This document shows positions 7,947 to 17,339 of a stretch of DNA of 64,000 bases, piece after piece. Where the stretch lies: assembly GCA_965228895.1 (NCBI GenBank), contig OZ245842.1, positions 2,272,001 through 2,336,000 on the forward strand, read 5' to 3'. Source of the DNA: Alphaproteobacteria bacterium. GTDB taxonomy: Bacteria; Pseudomonadota; Alphaproteobacteria; SP197. The notes under the pieces were generated by a model. It was not told where the DNA came from. It saw nothing but the letters and a program-made list of their open reading frames with translations, and did no database searches. The first letter of the stretch is position 1, and every line of letters starts with the position of its first letter. The translations under genes were made by a program, and so were the position numbers.

Positions 7947-8846
7947 CTAGGCTCCCGTGTGTCGTTGAACAAAGATACCAATGCGGTCGATGGCCGCCAT
8001 GGCTTCCGGCAGCAACGGCACCGCGTGATGCCAGACGTGAAAGGCGCCCTCTTCGATCTCCAGCGTCGCGTCGACACCGGCGGCCTCGGCGTGATCGGCA
8101 AGCCTCGTGGCGTCACTGAGCAGGACTTCCAGGGTGCCGACTTGGATCAGGAGCGGCGGCAGGCCAGTAAGGTCGCCGAAGATGGGTGATGCCAGAGGAT
8201 CGCGCTGGTCAGCGCCGTTCATGTAGTCGGTGGCGAAGCTGATAAGTGCGGGCGCGTCACAAATGGGATCCGAAGCCGGATCGGCGTCACGCCAGGCGCC
8301 CCGTCCATCGAGATCGGTCCACGGAGAAATTGGAATGGCACAGGCCGGCTGTGGCAAACCTTCGTCGCGCAAGGCGAGTAGCAGGGCGACGGTCAGCCCG
8401 CCGCCGGCGGAATCGCCGGATACGGCAGTGCTCTTGGCGTCATACCCTTCATCGAGCAGCCAACGGTAGGCCGCGACCGCATCCTCGACGGCCGTCGGAA
8501 AGGGATGTTCGGGAGCAAGACGATAATCGAGGGCAAGCACCTTTGCCTTTGCTGCGCCGGACAGACGCGACGTCAGGCCGATGTGGGTCGATACGGAGCC
8601 AGAGACGTAGCCGCCGCCGTGCAGGTAGAGGAGCACACTGTCATCCCGGGCGGTGCTGGCGGTCTGCCATTGTGCGGGTACGCCGCCGGCCACCGTGTCC
8701 ACCGTTCTGACGCCTTTGGCGATGGGGAACATCCGGCCGAACTCTTCGTATTGGTCCCGGATCTCCGCTAGTGGCCGATCGGGCGGCGCCTTGGCCTGCT
8801 CATCGTAGAGCGCCGCGATGAACCGTTCCATCTGCTTGCTGACCAA
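7947..8846 (-). CDS. Alpha/beta hydrolase, HSL-family esterase
   Basis: HGGGY, YRLAPEHPFP, GDSAGG, EVLLSD, HVWH; TTG start after AGGAGG. Confidence 0.93.
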   Translation of the reverse strand: MVSKQMERFIAALYDEQAKAPPDRPLAEIRDQYEEFGRMFPIAKGVRTVDTVAGGVPAQWQTASTARDDSVLLYLHGGGYVSGSVSTHIGLTSRLSGAAKAKVLALDYRLAPEHPFPTAVEDAVAAYRWLLDEGYDAKSTAVSGDSAGGGLTVALLLALRDEGLPQPACAIPISPWTDLDGRGAWRDADPASDPICDAPALISFATDYMNGADQRDPLASPIFGDLTGLPPLLIQVGTLEVLLSDATRLADHAEAAGVDATLEIEEGAFHVWHHAVPLLPEAMAAIDRIGIFVQRHTGA

Positions 8847-8859
8847 GAATGTCCTCCTG

Positions 8860-9516
8860 CTATGCAGTGGCGCGCACCGCCATCATGGCAATGCCGGTCG
8901 CCGCATGAACGGGGTCGATCACCCTCACCCCAACGGCGCGTTCTAACATCGATCCATACGGCACCATGCCGGCGCAGCCAAGAATCACGACATCGGCGCC
9001 GCGATCCTTCAACCGCTGGGCAGCGGCGCCAAGTTCCTTTGCGGCGCGCCTTGTATCATCAAGTCCGGTTACGGCAATTCCGCACGCCTCAATACCGGCA
9101 AGTCGTGCGTCGAGGCCGAGTCCTCGAATCTGACGCAGGCCGGACCCAATGTCGTCTGCCATGTTGGTCAAAATGCCGTAGTGCTCGCCGAAATTGAGCG
9201 CCGTTGTCACACCGCCCTCACAGATCCCAATGACCGGCTTACGTGTGGTCTCGCGTGCAGAGGCCAGGCCCGGGTCGCCGAAACAGGCGATGACAAAGGC
9301 GTCGGCGCGTCTGTCTTCGCGTGCGATAAGATCGCATAGCGGACCGACAACCTGATCGGCGTGGCGCGCCGTTTCGATACCACGCGGTGCGTCATCCAGG
9401 GTTTCACAGCGAATTTCGGGTCCACCTGTGAATCGCAGGGTTTCCAGGTTGCGGTCCATGGCCGCGGTGACGGCGCGGTCACTGTTGGGGTTGATGACGA
9501 CAATCCGTCCGTGCAT
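8860..9516 (-). CDS. Asp/Glu/hydantoin racemase family protein
   Basis: Start MHGRIVVINPNS (ATG 9516, GGGAGG upstream); two catalytic Cys motifs IACFGDPG and ILGCAGM. Confidence 0.9.
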   Translation of the reverse strand: MHGRIVVINPNSDRAVTAAMDRNLETLRFTGGPEIRCETLDDAPRGIETARHADQVVGPLCDLIAREDRRADAFVIACFGDPGLASARETTRKPVIGICEGGVTTALNFGEHYGILTNMADDIGSGLRQIRGLGLDARLAGIEACGIAVTGLDDTRRAAKELGAAAQRLKDRGADVVILGCAGMVPYGSMLERAVGVRVIDPVHAATGIAMMAVRATA

Positions 9517-9603
9517 GGCGGCCTCCCCGTCCCCGGCCTTCTCGACGCGTGCCGGAGTATGCCACGATGCCCGGGCGGGAACAGCCAGGCCGAGGAGAAT
9601 GAC

Positions 9604-10545
9604 ATGGCGCGGATGATGAAGGTGGCGGCGGCACAAATGGGGCCGGTTGCGCGTGAGGATACGCGCCAGCAGGTCGTTGCCCGTCTTCTTGAGATGATGC
9701 GCGAAGCCGCCGGCTGGGGCGCCGATGTGGTCGTGTTCTCGGAACTGGCGCTGACCACGTTCTTCCCGCGTTGGGTGATCGAGGACGAGGACGAAACCGA
9801 TCGTTGGTATGAACGCGATATGCCGAGCGCGGCGACCCAGCCGCTGTTTGATGAAGCAGCCAAGCTGGGCATTGGCTTTCACCTTGGCTTCGCCGAACTG
9901 GCCTTTGACGACGACGGCACCAAACATCGTTTCAACACGTCGATCCTGGTCGACAAGGCCGGTGCCATCGTTGGCAAATTCCGCAAGGTCCACATTCCCG
10001 GACATGCCGAGGCCAAAGACCGGCCGGGTCAGCATCTGGAGAAACGCTACTTCGAGGTCGGCGACCTCGGCTTTCCGGTCTACCGCGCCTTCGGCGGCAT
10101 CATTGGCATGTGCATATGCAACGACCGGCGCTGGCCCGAGACCTGGAGGGTCATGGGATTGCAAGGCGTCGAAATGGTGTTCTGCGGCTACAACTCCCCG
10201 GTCGGCCTGGGCGACACCTTTGATCTCGACGCGCTCGAGCCGTTCCACAACCACCTGGTCTTCCAGTCAGGCTGTTATCAGAACGCGACCTGGGCGGTCG
10301 GCGTCGCCAAGTGCGGCAACGAAGAAGGTTTCAACATGATCGGCCAGAGTTGCATCGTCGCCCCGTCGGGCGAAATCGTGGCGCAATGCGGGTCGATCGA
10401 GGACGAGGTGATCGTGCACAAATGCGACCTGGATGCGGCCCGCGCCTACAAGGACGACATCTTCAATTTCGCACGGCACCGCCAGCCGCAGCACTATCGC
10501 CTGATCGTCGAACGCACCGGCGCGGAGCCGCCGCCGGAGACTTAG
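9604..10545 (+). CDS. N-carbamoyl-D-amino acid amidohydrolase (D-carbamoylase, nitrilase superfamily)
   Basis: GAGGAG RBS; Glu-Lys-Cys triad in VFSELALTTFFPRW, RKVHIPGH, MCICNDRRWPE; C-terminal FNFARHRQPQHY. Confidence 0.92.
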   Translation: MARMMKVAAAQMGPVAREDTRQQVVARLLEMMREAAGWGADVVVFSELALTTFFPRWVIEDEDETDRWYERDMPSAATQPLFDEAAKLGIGFHLGFAELAFDDDGTKHRFNTSILVDKAGAIVGKFRKVHIPGHAEAKDRPGQHLEKRYFEVGDLGFPVYRAFGGIIGMCICNDRRWPETWRVMGLQGVEMVFCGYNSPVGLGDTFDLDALEPFHNHLVFQSGCYQNATWAVGVAKCGNEEGFNMIGQSCIVAPSGEIVAQCGSIEDEVIVHKCDLDAARAYKDDIFNFARHRQPQHYRLIVERTGAEPPPET

Positions 10546-11978
10546 TCCTCCTCACCCCGCCACAGGTCTGCCGGCGTCTCGGCGCGGCGGATGGTCTTGA
10601 CCGAACCGTTTTCGCAAACCATCACCGCGCCCGGACGCGGGCGCCCGCAATAATGGTTGGCGAGCTCCAGTTGATAAGCGCCGGTATCGAGGATGGCGAC
10701 GAGGTCGCCGCTGGTCGTCGCGGCCGGCAGTTCGCGGTAGCCCGGCATGTGAACGAGCTTGTTTTCGAGCAAGTCGCGGTCTTCCGCCCAACCCGGCCGT
10801 GCGTCGACCAGAGCCTGGACCTTGGCCTCGCCCTCCATGTCGAAATAGACATCAATGGAGTCACAAAGAGGTCCGACGACGCGGAATTGGTCGGTCTCCG
10901 TATCGTCGGTCCGGTTGGCCGTTACCATGTGGAAGTACCAGCCGAAGGCCGATTCCGGGATGATGTTGTAGCCGGCGTCCAGGTAGAGCCACGTTGTGCC
11001 GTCGCGCCGCTTCAGGCCCTCGACCCGCGTCAACAGCAGCGCGCTGTCGCTGGTCATGGCGCGTCCCGGCTCGGTCAGGATTTCGATGCCGGAACCGAGC
11101 TTGTCTTCCAGGACCGGCACGACCTTCGCCGCCACATCGCTTGGCTCGAGGGCGCTGTGGAAGTAGCCGATGTCCGGCGACTGGTCGTTGTACTTGACGT
11201 AGCTGATCGGAAAACCGCCGCCGACGTTGACGTGCCGGAAATCGTCGCCGAAGCGTGCCTTGATAGCCGCCGCCTTCTCAGCCACCACCTCGGCTGCAGC
11301 GACGTAGAGGCCGAGATCGGTCATCTGGGATCCGATATGGACGTGCAGGCCGGCAAGCGCGATCTCGCCTGGTTGCGCCTCGGCGATTTCCAGGCAACGC
11401 GCGATCTCGTCTTCGACCATGCCGAATTTGGAGCGCGTCGAGCCGGTCTCGATACCCGCCGTCGAGCCGCCTTCGACATGGGGCACGGCGCGTAGCGCGA
11501 TGTTCGCACGCACGCCCCGCGCACGTGCGACATCGACGATACGCTCGAGTTCGTGGACTGAATCCACGTTGATCGCTTTGATCGGTGGGTCGAGGGCGTC
11601 CTCGATCTCTTGTTTCGATTTGGCAACGCCGTTGAACACCATGCGGTCGGCGCCCAGGCCGGCGTGTTTGGCCTTGGCGATTTCACCGCCGGAATTGACC
11701 TCTATCGCCACCCCCTCCTCGGCCATCAGCCGGAGCACGGTCAGATTGGCGCAGGCTTTGCTCGCGAAACACACGCTCGCGTTTTCGTGGTGGTCGCGGA
11801 AGGCCGCGGTCAGCCGTCTGGCGTTCCGGCGCAACCGTTGTTCGGAATAGGCAAACACCGGCGAGCCCTGTTCCTCTGCGATCCCCACAAGATCGACGCC
11901 GTCCATATGAAGGTGACCGTCACGATCCTCCAAAAAGCCCGGTTCCGACCACGGGTTCAGGTGGAATGCGTCTTTCAT
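10542..11978 (-). CDS. PLP-dependent fold-type III decarboxylase (LysA family; D-ornithine/D-lysine decarboxylase-like)
   Basis: FASK (PLP Lys), HVHIGSQ, NVGGGF, EPGR, GPLCD, GAY...RPR; GGGAGG before ATG 11978; motifs differ from canonical LysA. Confidence 0.85.
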   Translation of the reverse strand: MKDAFHLNPWSEPGFLEDRDGHLHMDGVDLVGIAEEQGSPVFAYSEQRLRRNARRLTAAFRDHHENASVCFASKACANLTVLRLMAEEGVAIEVNSGGEIAKAKHAGLGADRMVFNGVAKSKQEIEDALDPPIKAINVDSVHELERIVDVARARGVRANIALRAVPHVEGGSTAGIETGSTRSKFGMVEDEIARCLEIAEAQPGEIALAGLHVHIGSQMTDLGLYVAAAEVVAEKAAAIKARFGDDFRHVNVGGGFPISYVKYNDQSPDIGYFHSALEPSDVAAKVVPVLEDKLGSGIEILTEPGRAMTSDSALLLTRVEGLKRRDGTTWLYLDAGYNIIPESAFGWYFHMVTANRTDDTETDQFRVVGPLCDSIDVYFDMEGEAKVQALVDARPGWAEDRDLLENKLVHMPGYRELPAATTSGDLVAILDTGAYQLELANHYCGRPRPGAVMVCENGSVKTIRRAETPADLWRGEED

Positions 11979-12040
11979 CGTCGGCCTCCCTTCGGCGTCT
12001 ACACCGGACATGGTAGGTATGGCATGGCGGGAGGAGCCGG

Positions 12041-13473
12041 ATGGCTGATTTTGATCTGATCGTCAAGGACGGGACCGTGGTGACGGCCAGCGACACCTAT
12101 GCCGGCGATATCGGCGTGCGTGACGGTCGCATCGTCGCGCTGGCCGAAAACCTTCCCTCATCACGGGCCGAGACGGTGGTCGATGCGTCAGGCAAACTCG
12201 TTCTGCCCGGCGGTATCGAGGCACATTGCCATATCGACGAGCCCAGTTTTGGCGGCGCTGTGCTGGCTGACGACTTTGCTTCGGGTTCCGTGGCTGCAGC
12301 CTGTGGTGGGACGACGACCTTCATTCCCTTCGCGACCCAGGTGCCGGGCCAGACGTTGCGTCAGGCTGTCGACGACTATCACGCCAAGGCCGAAGGCCAA
12401 TCGCTGATCGACTATAGCTTCCACATGATCGTCTCGGACCCAACGGATCAGGTCCTGGGTCAAGAACTTCCCGGTCTGCTGCATGACGGCTACACCTCCT
12501 TCAAGGTCTTCATGACCTATGATGACTTTTGCCTGGATGACGGCGAAATCCTGAATGTCCTGGCAACCGCGAAGCGTCACGATGGTTTTGTCATGGTGCA
12601 TGCGGAAAACGATCACTGCATACGTTGGCTCGCCGAGCAGCTTGAGCGGGCCGGTCAGACGGAGCCGGCATCGTTTTCCATCGCCCACGGACCGGTCGCC
12701 GAGCGCGAAGCGACGCACCGCGCCATCAGCTTGGCGGAGATCGTCGATACACCTGTCTTCATCGTTCATGTCTCGTCAGCTCAAGCGATGGAGCAGATCG
12801 CCTGGGCGCAGGCGCGCGGTTTGCCCGTCTACGCGGAGACCTGTCCGCAATACTTTTTCTGTCCGACCAGGACTTCAAGCGGGAGGGCTGGGAAGGTGCG
12901 AAGTATCTATGTGCGCCGCCGCCGCGCGATCCCGGTAATCCCGATCGGCTATGGCGGGGTTTGAAAAACGGCACCTTCCAATTGATTTCGTCGGACCATT
13001 GCCCCTACCGGATGGAAGGACCGGGCGGCCGCATCGAGTCCGCGGGCGAACTCCATTTCCACAAGATCAGTCCGGGCGTTCCGGGCATCGAACTGCGTCT
13101 GCCACTGATGTTTTCCGAAGGCGTGACCAAAGGCCGCATCGATCTCAACCGCTTCGTTGCGCTGACCGCGACCGATGCCGCCAAACTCTATGGGCTCTAT
13201 CCCCAGAAGGGCACCATTGCCGTCGGCAGCGACGCCGATCTGGTGCTTTGGGACCCCGAGCGGCGCACCACCATTCGCCACGAGATGCTCCATGAAGGCG
13301 CGGACTATACGCCCTATGAGGGTTTTGAGCTGACGGGATGGCCGGTTCTGACGCTGTCGCGCGGCGAGACCGTATGGCAGGACGGGCAGGTCCATGGCAA
13401 ACGTGGTCGCGGTCGGTTTCTAAGGCGCGGCAGGTCGGCCGCAATCGGGCGGAGTCAGCCCTGCTCGACCTGA
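12041..13473 (+). pseudogene. hydA: Dihydropyrimidinase / D-hydantoinase split by a single-base frameshift (pseudogene or sequencing error)
   Basis: First ORF has PGGIEAHCH, SFKVF, HAEN, HVS, ETCPQY; homology continues in the -1 frame after TACTTTTTCTG (about 12851-12861) as LSDQDFKREGWEGAKYLCAPPPR, joining the SSDHCP...GVPGIE ORF (12961-13473). Confidence 0.88.
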
Positions 13474-13536
13474 CGTCCCAAACTGCTAGCATGTCGCCGG
13501 GCGCAGACGGGGAACAGTTGGAGTTTTGACGTGAGG

Positions 13537-14268
13537 ATGGCGTTTAAGCGGTTGTTACCGCTAGGTGCGTGTCTGGCGTTGGCGGGAACCGCACAGGCAC
13601 AAGGGCTTGAAGGTATTGGCAACGTTGATCTGGTGGAGGTCTGGGCCTACGGCACGCCGCCGGGCGGCGAGCGCGATTCCATCTTTCGCGGTCATCAAGT
13701 CTATACCGACCAAACCATCGAAACGGTGTCGAGGGCTTATGTGCACATGACCTTTGTCGATGGTACGACGCTGGCGATTGGCGAGAGCACGATCTTGGTT
13801 CTCGATGATTTCGTCTACGATCCCAATGCTCCCGATAGCTTGGTCGCTGATTTCACCGGCGGTCTCTATCACCTGATTTCCGGCGACATCGACAAACAGG
13901 CGGTCCTGATCCGAACACCTGGGCTCGCGATCGGCTTGCGCGGGACGGACATCGTCGTGCAAGTCGGCGAAGACGGCACGACCGATCTGGCGGTCCTGGA
14001 CGGCACGGCCACGGCGACACCGACTGCCGGCGGCGACACGGTCGAGGTCAATGCCGGCCAGACGGCGACGGGCAAACCCGGCGATCCTACGGTTGTTCTG
14101 ACCAACGGCTTGCCGGCCTTCGCCACCACCGACTTACCGACCGGCACAAGAGGCACCCGAAATCTGGGCGGCGCTGCTGGCGATGGGCGTACCGGCGTTG
14201 GTGGCGATGGAGACAGCAGCAGTGGCGGCGACTCGAGCAGCGGGTCCAGCAGTGGAGGCATAAACTGA
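13537..14268 (+). CDS. Secreted FecR-domain protein with Gly/Ser-rich tail
   Basis: Signal peptide ending AQA; FVDGTTLAIGESTILVLDDFVYDP and IRTPGLAIGLRGT; GGDSSSGSSSGG tail. Confidence 0.8.
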   Translation: MAFKRLLPLGACLALAGTAQAQGLEGIGNVDLVEVWAYGTPPGGERDSIFRGHQVYTDQTIETVSRAYVHMTFVDGTTLAIGESTILVLDDFVYDPNAPDSLVADFTGGLYHLISGDIDKQAVLIRTPGLAIGLRGTDIVVQVGEDGTTDLAVLDGTATATPTAGGDTVEVNAGQTATGKPGDPTVVLTNGLPAFATTDLPTGTRGTRNLGGAAGDGRTGVGGDGDSSSGGDSSSGSSSGGIN

Positions 14269-14299
14269 GACGTTTGCTCTTGATGCGCGGACGTTACCC

Positions 14300-15094
14300 A
14301 TGGCGATGACCATCACCCGGTGGGTCGACATGGCGACGATCGACTTCGCGACGCTTGACCCCGCGCGCACGATAGCCTTGTTGCCCGTCGGCGCTGTTGA
14401 GCAGCACGGCCCTCACCTGCCGCTTGGAACCGACACCATGATCGCCGACGGTATCGTGGCGCGGACGCTTGATGTCGTTGACGGCGACATCACCGTCCTG
14501 GTCCTGCCGACACAATCCATTGGCGATAGCCTGGAGCACGCCGACTTCCCGGGTACGCTGAGCCATATGGCGGAGACCTTGATCGCATCGTGGCTGGAAC
14601 TAGGTCGCTCGGTCCATGCTGCGGGTTTGCGCAAGATGATGATCTTCAACGCGCATGGCGGCCAACCTCAGATCGTTGATATCGTCGCCAAGCGCCTGCG
14701 TGTCGAACTGGACATGCTGGTCGGGCGTGCGACGTATTTCTCGTTCGGTTGCCCAGACGGTCTGATCGACCCGGACGAGTTCGCCTTCGGGATTCATGGC
14801 GGTGATCTCGAAACGTCCATGATGCTTCATCTGCACCCGGACTTGGTGCGGCGAGACAACATGGCTGACTTCGAGAACCGCATGCGCACCATCGCCCCCA
14901 CGATGCACCGCATGGGGCGCGGCGGACGCACCGGTATTGGCTGGAAGGCGAGCGATCTCAATCAGGCGGGTGCCGTCGGCAATGCCGACGCCGCGACGGC
15001 GGAGAAAGGCCGGGCCTTGGTCGAGCACTTTGCTGATGAATTGGCGCTTCGGCTTGCCGATCTCGCAGCTTTCGATTTGGCAGACCTGCGGTGA
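14300..15094 (+). CDS. Creatininase/creatinine amidohydrolase family protein
   Basis: LPVGAVEQHGPHLPLGTD, EHADFPGT, NAHGG, HGG..ETS, ATAEKG. Confidence 0.92.
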   Translation: MAMTITRWVDMATIDFATLDPARTIALLPVGAVEQHGPHLPLGTDTMIADGIVARTLDVVDGDITVLVLPTQSIGDSLEHADFPGTLSHMAETLIASWLELGRSVHAAGLRKMMIFNAHGGQPQIVDIVAKRLRVELDMLVGRATYFSFGCPDGLIDPDEFAFGIHGGDLETSMMLHLHPDLVRRDNMADFENRMRTIAPTMHRMGRGGRTGIGWKASDLNQAGAVGNADAATAEKGRALVEHFADELALRLADLAAFDLADLR

Positions 15095-15101
15095 CTGGCA
15101 G

Positions 15102-16403
15102 ATGTCATACGGCCAGCGTGGTGAGCTGGGTGTGAAGATCGCGATCATCGGCGGCGGTATTGGCGGGCTGACGGCGGCGTTGGCCCTGCACAAGGCTGGT
15201 TTTCGCCCGACCGTTTATGAGTCGGTGGGCGATATCCGCGCGTTGGGCGTCGGTATCAACCTGCTGCCCCATGCCGTTCGGGTGTTGAGCGATCTTGGTC
15301 TTCAGCGCGACCTCGCGGCGACCGGCATCGCGACGCGAGAACTGCTCTATTTCAACAAGTTCGGCCAGAAGATCTGGCAGGAGGATCGCGGCCTTGATGC
15401 CGGTTATCCGTGGCCGCAATACTCGATCCTGCGCGGTGCCGTGCAGTACCTGTTGCTGGAGGCCGTGACGATCCGTCTTGGCGCCGACTGCTTGAAGACG
15501 GCTCACCATTTGGTGGGCCTCGACAACACCGGCGACACCGTCAAACTCAGTTTTACGGACGGGCGCGGCGGGTCGTTGGTTACCGGGGAGACCGCCGATC
15601 TCGTGATCGGCGCCGACGGTATTCACTCCGAGGTACGGCGGCACTTCTATCCCGGCGAGGGACCACCGATTTGGAACGGCGCGATTCTGTGGCGTGGCGT
15701 GACGGAGAGCGCGCCGTTTCTGACCGGCCGCTCTCTGTTCATGGCCGGTCACGTGAATCAGAAGTTCGTCTGCTATCCTGTCTCGCGGGATCATTACGAT
15801 CGCGGGCGGTCGCTGACAAACTGGGTCGCGGAGCTGCGTGTCGATCCTGGCGCGGGTTACAGGCGCGAAGACTGGAACCGGGAAGCCGATTGGGACGATT
15901 TCCTGCCGGCGTTTGAAGGCTGGCGCTTTGATTGGCTGGATATCCCGCATTTGATTTCAAGCGCCCAGACCGTCTACGAATATCCGATGGTCGACCGCGA
16001 CCCCGTTGAACGCTGGACGTTTGGGCGGGTGACGCTGCTGGGGGACGCGGCGCATCCCATGTATCCTATCGGCTCCAATGGTGCGTCCCAGGCCATTCTC
16101 GATGCGGAGACTCTGGCCCATGCGTTGCGGGACAAGCCTGACCCGGCGGAGGCGCTGGCGCACTACGAAGAGACACGCCTGGAGGCGACCGCTGAGATCG
16201 TTCGAAGCAATCGCCAGAACGGACCCGATCAGGTCATGCAGATTGTTGAAGAGCGCGCGCCCAACGGATTCGACAATCTGGTTGACGTGATCAGCCAGCG
16301 CGAGCTGCAGGAGATCGCCGATCGTTACAAGCAGGTCGCAGGTTTTGACAAGGCGCGCATGATCGAGGCCGCGCTAAAACCGGACACGTCCGCCGAAGCG
16401 TGA
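15102..16403 (+). CDS. FAD-dependent monooxygenase (class A flavoprotein)
   Basis: GGGIGG Rossmann, GADGIHS, LLGDAAHPMYPIGSNGASQAILDA; start ATG 15102 or GTG 15132. Confidence 0.92.
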   Translation: MSYGQRGELGVKIAIIGGGIGGLTAALALHKAGFRPTVYESVGDIRALGVGINLLPHAVRVLSDLGLQRDLAATGIATRELLYFNKFGQKIWQEDRGLDAGYPWPQYSILRGAVQYLLLEAVTIRLGADCLKTAHHLVGLDNTGDTVKLSFTDGRGGSLVTGETADLVIGADGIHSEVRRHFYPGEGPPIWNGAILWRGVTESAPFLTGRSLFMAGHVNQKFVCYPVSRDHYDRGRSLTNWVAELRVDPGAGYRREDWNREADWDDFLPAFEGWRFDWLDIPHLISSAQTVYEYPMVDRDPVERWTFGRVTLLGDAAHPMYPIGSNGASQAILDAETLAHALRDKPDPAEALAHYEETRLEATAEIVRSNRQNGPDQVMQIVEERAPNGFDNLVDVISQRELQEIADRYKQVAGFDKARMIEAALKPDTSAEA

Positions 16404-16427
16404 GGACAGGTCGATGACCAACGGAGC

Positions 16428-17339
16428 TTGCGCGTGAATCGGGGCCTAGCGGAGTCATCCGTTGCGCATGTGATCGCTGCCGACGACGGTGCGGAGCTGA
16501 TCGCACGCCGTCTGGGCAATCCGGATGGACCGCGCGTTCTTGTCAGCCATGGCGTTGGTTTTGCCGTCGATGGTTTTGCGCCCATGTGGTGCCACCTGGA
16601 ATCGGACTGTGACCTGATTCTGGTGGATCTGCGCGGTCACGGTCGCAATCCCCCAGTGGCGCCGGAGAGCGTCAGGGGACCGCAGATCATCAGTGACATG
16701 AAGGCGGCTCTTCGTGGCATCCAGAACGAATGGGGTGAAAAATCCCTATGGGGCTTGCTTCATTCCTATTCAGGCCTGACGGCGCTGCGCCTTGAATCGA
16801 CCGAGCCCGGTTGGTTCGCCGGTCTCATCTTGATGGAGCCACCGGCCATGCCGCCGCCGGACCATCCAGCGTTTCCCGGTTTCGACAAAGGACGTCTGGC
16901 CCTCGCCGAACGTAGTCTGAAACGTCAGGCCGTGTTCACGTCAATCGACGACTTGGTGGCGAAGTACACCAGCCGCGACCAGTTCTCACGCTTTGCGCCC
17001 GGGGCAGCGCGGGCTTTGGCCGAATCGCTTCTGGTGCCTGATGACGACGGCTGGCGTCTTGCCTGTTCGCCTGAGGTCGAGGCGCGCTTCTACGCAACCA
17101 ACGAAGACGACGGTCTGTGGCAGCGTCTGCATCACGTCACATGTCCGGTCATGGTGCTGGCTGGTGGTGACGACATGCGCGATGGCGTACCGCCTGCCCT
17201 CACCGCCCGCGATCTGGCTCGGATCGGTGGCTTCGACCTCGTCGAAGTCGCCGGCACGACGCACATGATGGTGCTTGAGCGGCCGCGCTTCGTGGCCAAG
17301 CTGGCACGCACGTTCATCTCGGCCGATCAACCTGGTTGA
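16428..17339 (+). CDS. Alpha/beta hydrolase
   Basis: SHGVGF, DLRGHG, LHSYSG nucleophile elbow, THMMVLE; start uncertain. Confidence 0.85.
   Translation: MRVNRGLAESSVAHVIAADDGAELIARRLGNPDGPRVLVSHGVGFAVDGFAPMWCHLESDCDLILVDLRGHGRNPPVAPESVRGPQIISDMKAALRGIQNEWGEKSLWGLLHSYSGLTALRLESTEPGWFAGLILMEPPAMPPPDHPAFPGFDKGRLALAERSLKRQAVFTSIDDLVAKYTSRDQFSRFAPGAARALAESLLVPDDDGWRLACSPEVEARFYATNEDDGLWQRLHHVTCPVMVLAGGDDMRDGVPPALTARDLARIGGFDLVEVAGTTHMMVLERPRFVAKLARTFISADQPG

Noticed and set aside
9517-10254. Long N-terminal extension making the racemase a 464-aa fusion
   Set aside because: The extension is the antisense shadow of the D-carbamoylase; a good RBS precedes ATG 9516.
12851-12861. Programmed -1 ribosomal frameshift in the hydantoinase
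   Set aside because: Only five Ts, no canonical slippery heptamer and no precedent I know of; error or mutation is more parsimonious.
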